A DNA stretch of 64,000 nucleotides. Origin: Octopus bimaculoides. Taxonomy: Eukaryota. The stretch is taken from assembly GCF_001194135.2 (NCBI RefSeq), contig NC_068989.1, forward strand, positions 69,662,014 through 69,726,013, in the 5' to 3' direction. The notes under the pieces are model-generated. The model worked only from the letters and a program-made list of their open reading frames with translations. It was not told the DNA's origin and did no database searches. Each line of letters begins with the position of its first letter. The first letter of the stretch is position 1. Both the position numbers and the translations under genes were made by a program. Positions 62,913 through 64,000 of the stretch are shown in pieces.

Positions 62913-63609
62913 GTTGCTTTGAAATTATCCTTCTTGATAATCTAAATGAGAATCTAGGAACATTTCTGATTTAAACATAGAAATTCTATATTTCATCAGG
63001 AATTACGATAATTTCTTAGATCATAGCTACACAACAGAAATGTGTTGAGTAATACGCTTACTGATATTGGTTGCATAAGACTAATCTGTTGCTGAGTTTA
63101 CTGTTGAACGATGACTATCTTCTGGTCTTCTGTTACTAAGATTTTGGTTTGGTTAATTGAAGCACAGAAATATATTGGTAATAATCATGATATGTTGTAA
63201 AGTTATTCAGAATTAGTATTCTATTTCTATGTCCCAAAACCTAATGCTTGGAATTCTTCTTAAATTCAAGCATTATTCTTACCTGGAAATGAAGTTATAA
63301 AGCTGCATTAACTAAAGATTTGAAACACTAAAGGAATTTTGAAATAAACTTATTTCATGCTTCTATGGTTAGTTGTCAAATCAGCAAAGTAGCAGAAATG
63401 GTATTGAGGACTGGAATAACAAACTGCAGTATTATAGTTTCAGTCTTCTACATTTCATGTGGTGATCATGGTCATTCCTACATGGCCAATAAAATGAATG
63501 GCTGTGTGGTTAAGAAGCTTGCTTTTCAACCACATGGTTTTGGGTTCAGCCCTACACTGTGACACCATGTTTTTGTACTATGGCTCCAGGCCAACTGATG
63601 CTTTGTGAG

Positions 63610-63827
63610 TGAATTTGGTTGGCACCGAGCATGTTCAGTCTAAATATTCTACTTGTCTTCAAACTGGCTAGATTCAGTCTTTCACATATACTCTGCAATG
63701 TCATTCTAAAAGTAAGCAATCACATCTTCGAAATCTCAAAACTACAATTTAATACAGGATTCATTTTTTAAAATGTGAATGAAAAAGCATTATATTTGAC
63801 TATGTGATCTGAATGCTAAAGGGTGAA
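63610..63827. mobile_element. piggyBac-like MITE family E, opposite orientation
   Basis: Reverse complement aligns to 40550-40776. Ends CTGAATGCTAAAGGGTGAA. Confidence 0.75.
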
Positions 63828-64000
63828 ACCTCTGTCACTTAGTGATTCAGCAAAAAAAAAAAAAAAAACTGATAGAATAGGTAGCAGTCTTAAAAATAAC
63901 AAGTACTAGGGTTGATTTGTTTGAGTAAACCCTTTAAGGTAGAGTCTCAGCATGGCTGCTGTCCAAAGACTGAAACAAGTAAACGATAAAAGTTTCATTA

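Noticed and set aside
62706-62945. Ser/Pro/Phe-rich and Lys/Glu-rich ORFs
   Set aside because: Low-complexity (CTT)n tract with no coding evidence.
1-64000. CRISPR arrays, rRNA, genuine tRNA genes, prokaryotic operons
   Set aside because: None seen. The tRNA-like A/B boxes are all SINE heads and do not form full cloverleaves.

Overview
AT-rich, intron-like eukaryotic DNA with seven assembly gaps. The SINE, LINE-tail and MITE families match what I recall of Octopus genomes, so the species is inferred rather than proven. I could not establish a complete protein-coding gene. A CpG-retaining zone at about 1-6.3 kb gives way to CpG-depleted sequence. There are several good + strand splice signals, including a polypyrimidine-AG|GTAAGT site at 42156-42163, which suggests a long-intron gene starting near the left end whose identity I cannot assign. 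The protein remnants I can recognise all come from transposons: two mariner C-termini, a Helitron Pif1 helicase tail, a Helentron endonuclease, an RTE-clade RT and an R4/Dong-like RT. The most notable structures are: a palindrome at 49376-49657 whose two arms each carry a decayed minimal hammerhead-ribozyme motif (Penelope-like); an internally deleted Helentron with an extra internal subTIR; a Helitron that splits a codon of a mariner MITE; a 108-bp Merlin-like hairpin MITE; a candidate recursive splice site; and several local inverted or direct duplications that could form dsRNA. I found no CRISPR array, rRNA or bona fide tRNA. Repeat coordinates were read by eye. Ends defined by TSDs or TIRs are exact; diverged copies are approximate.
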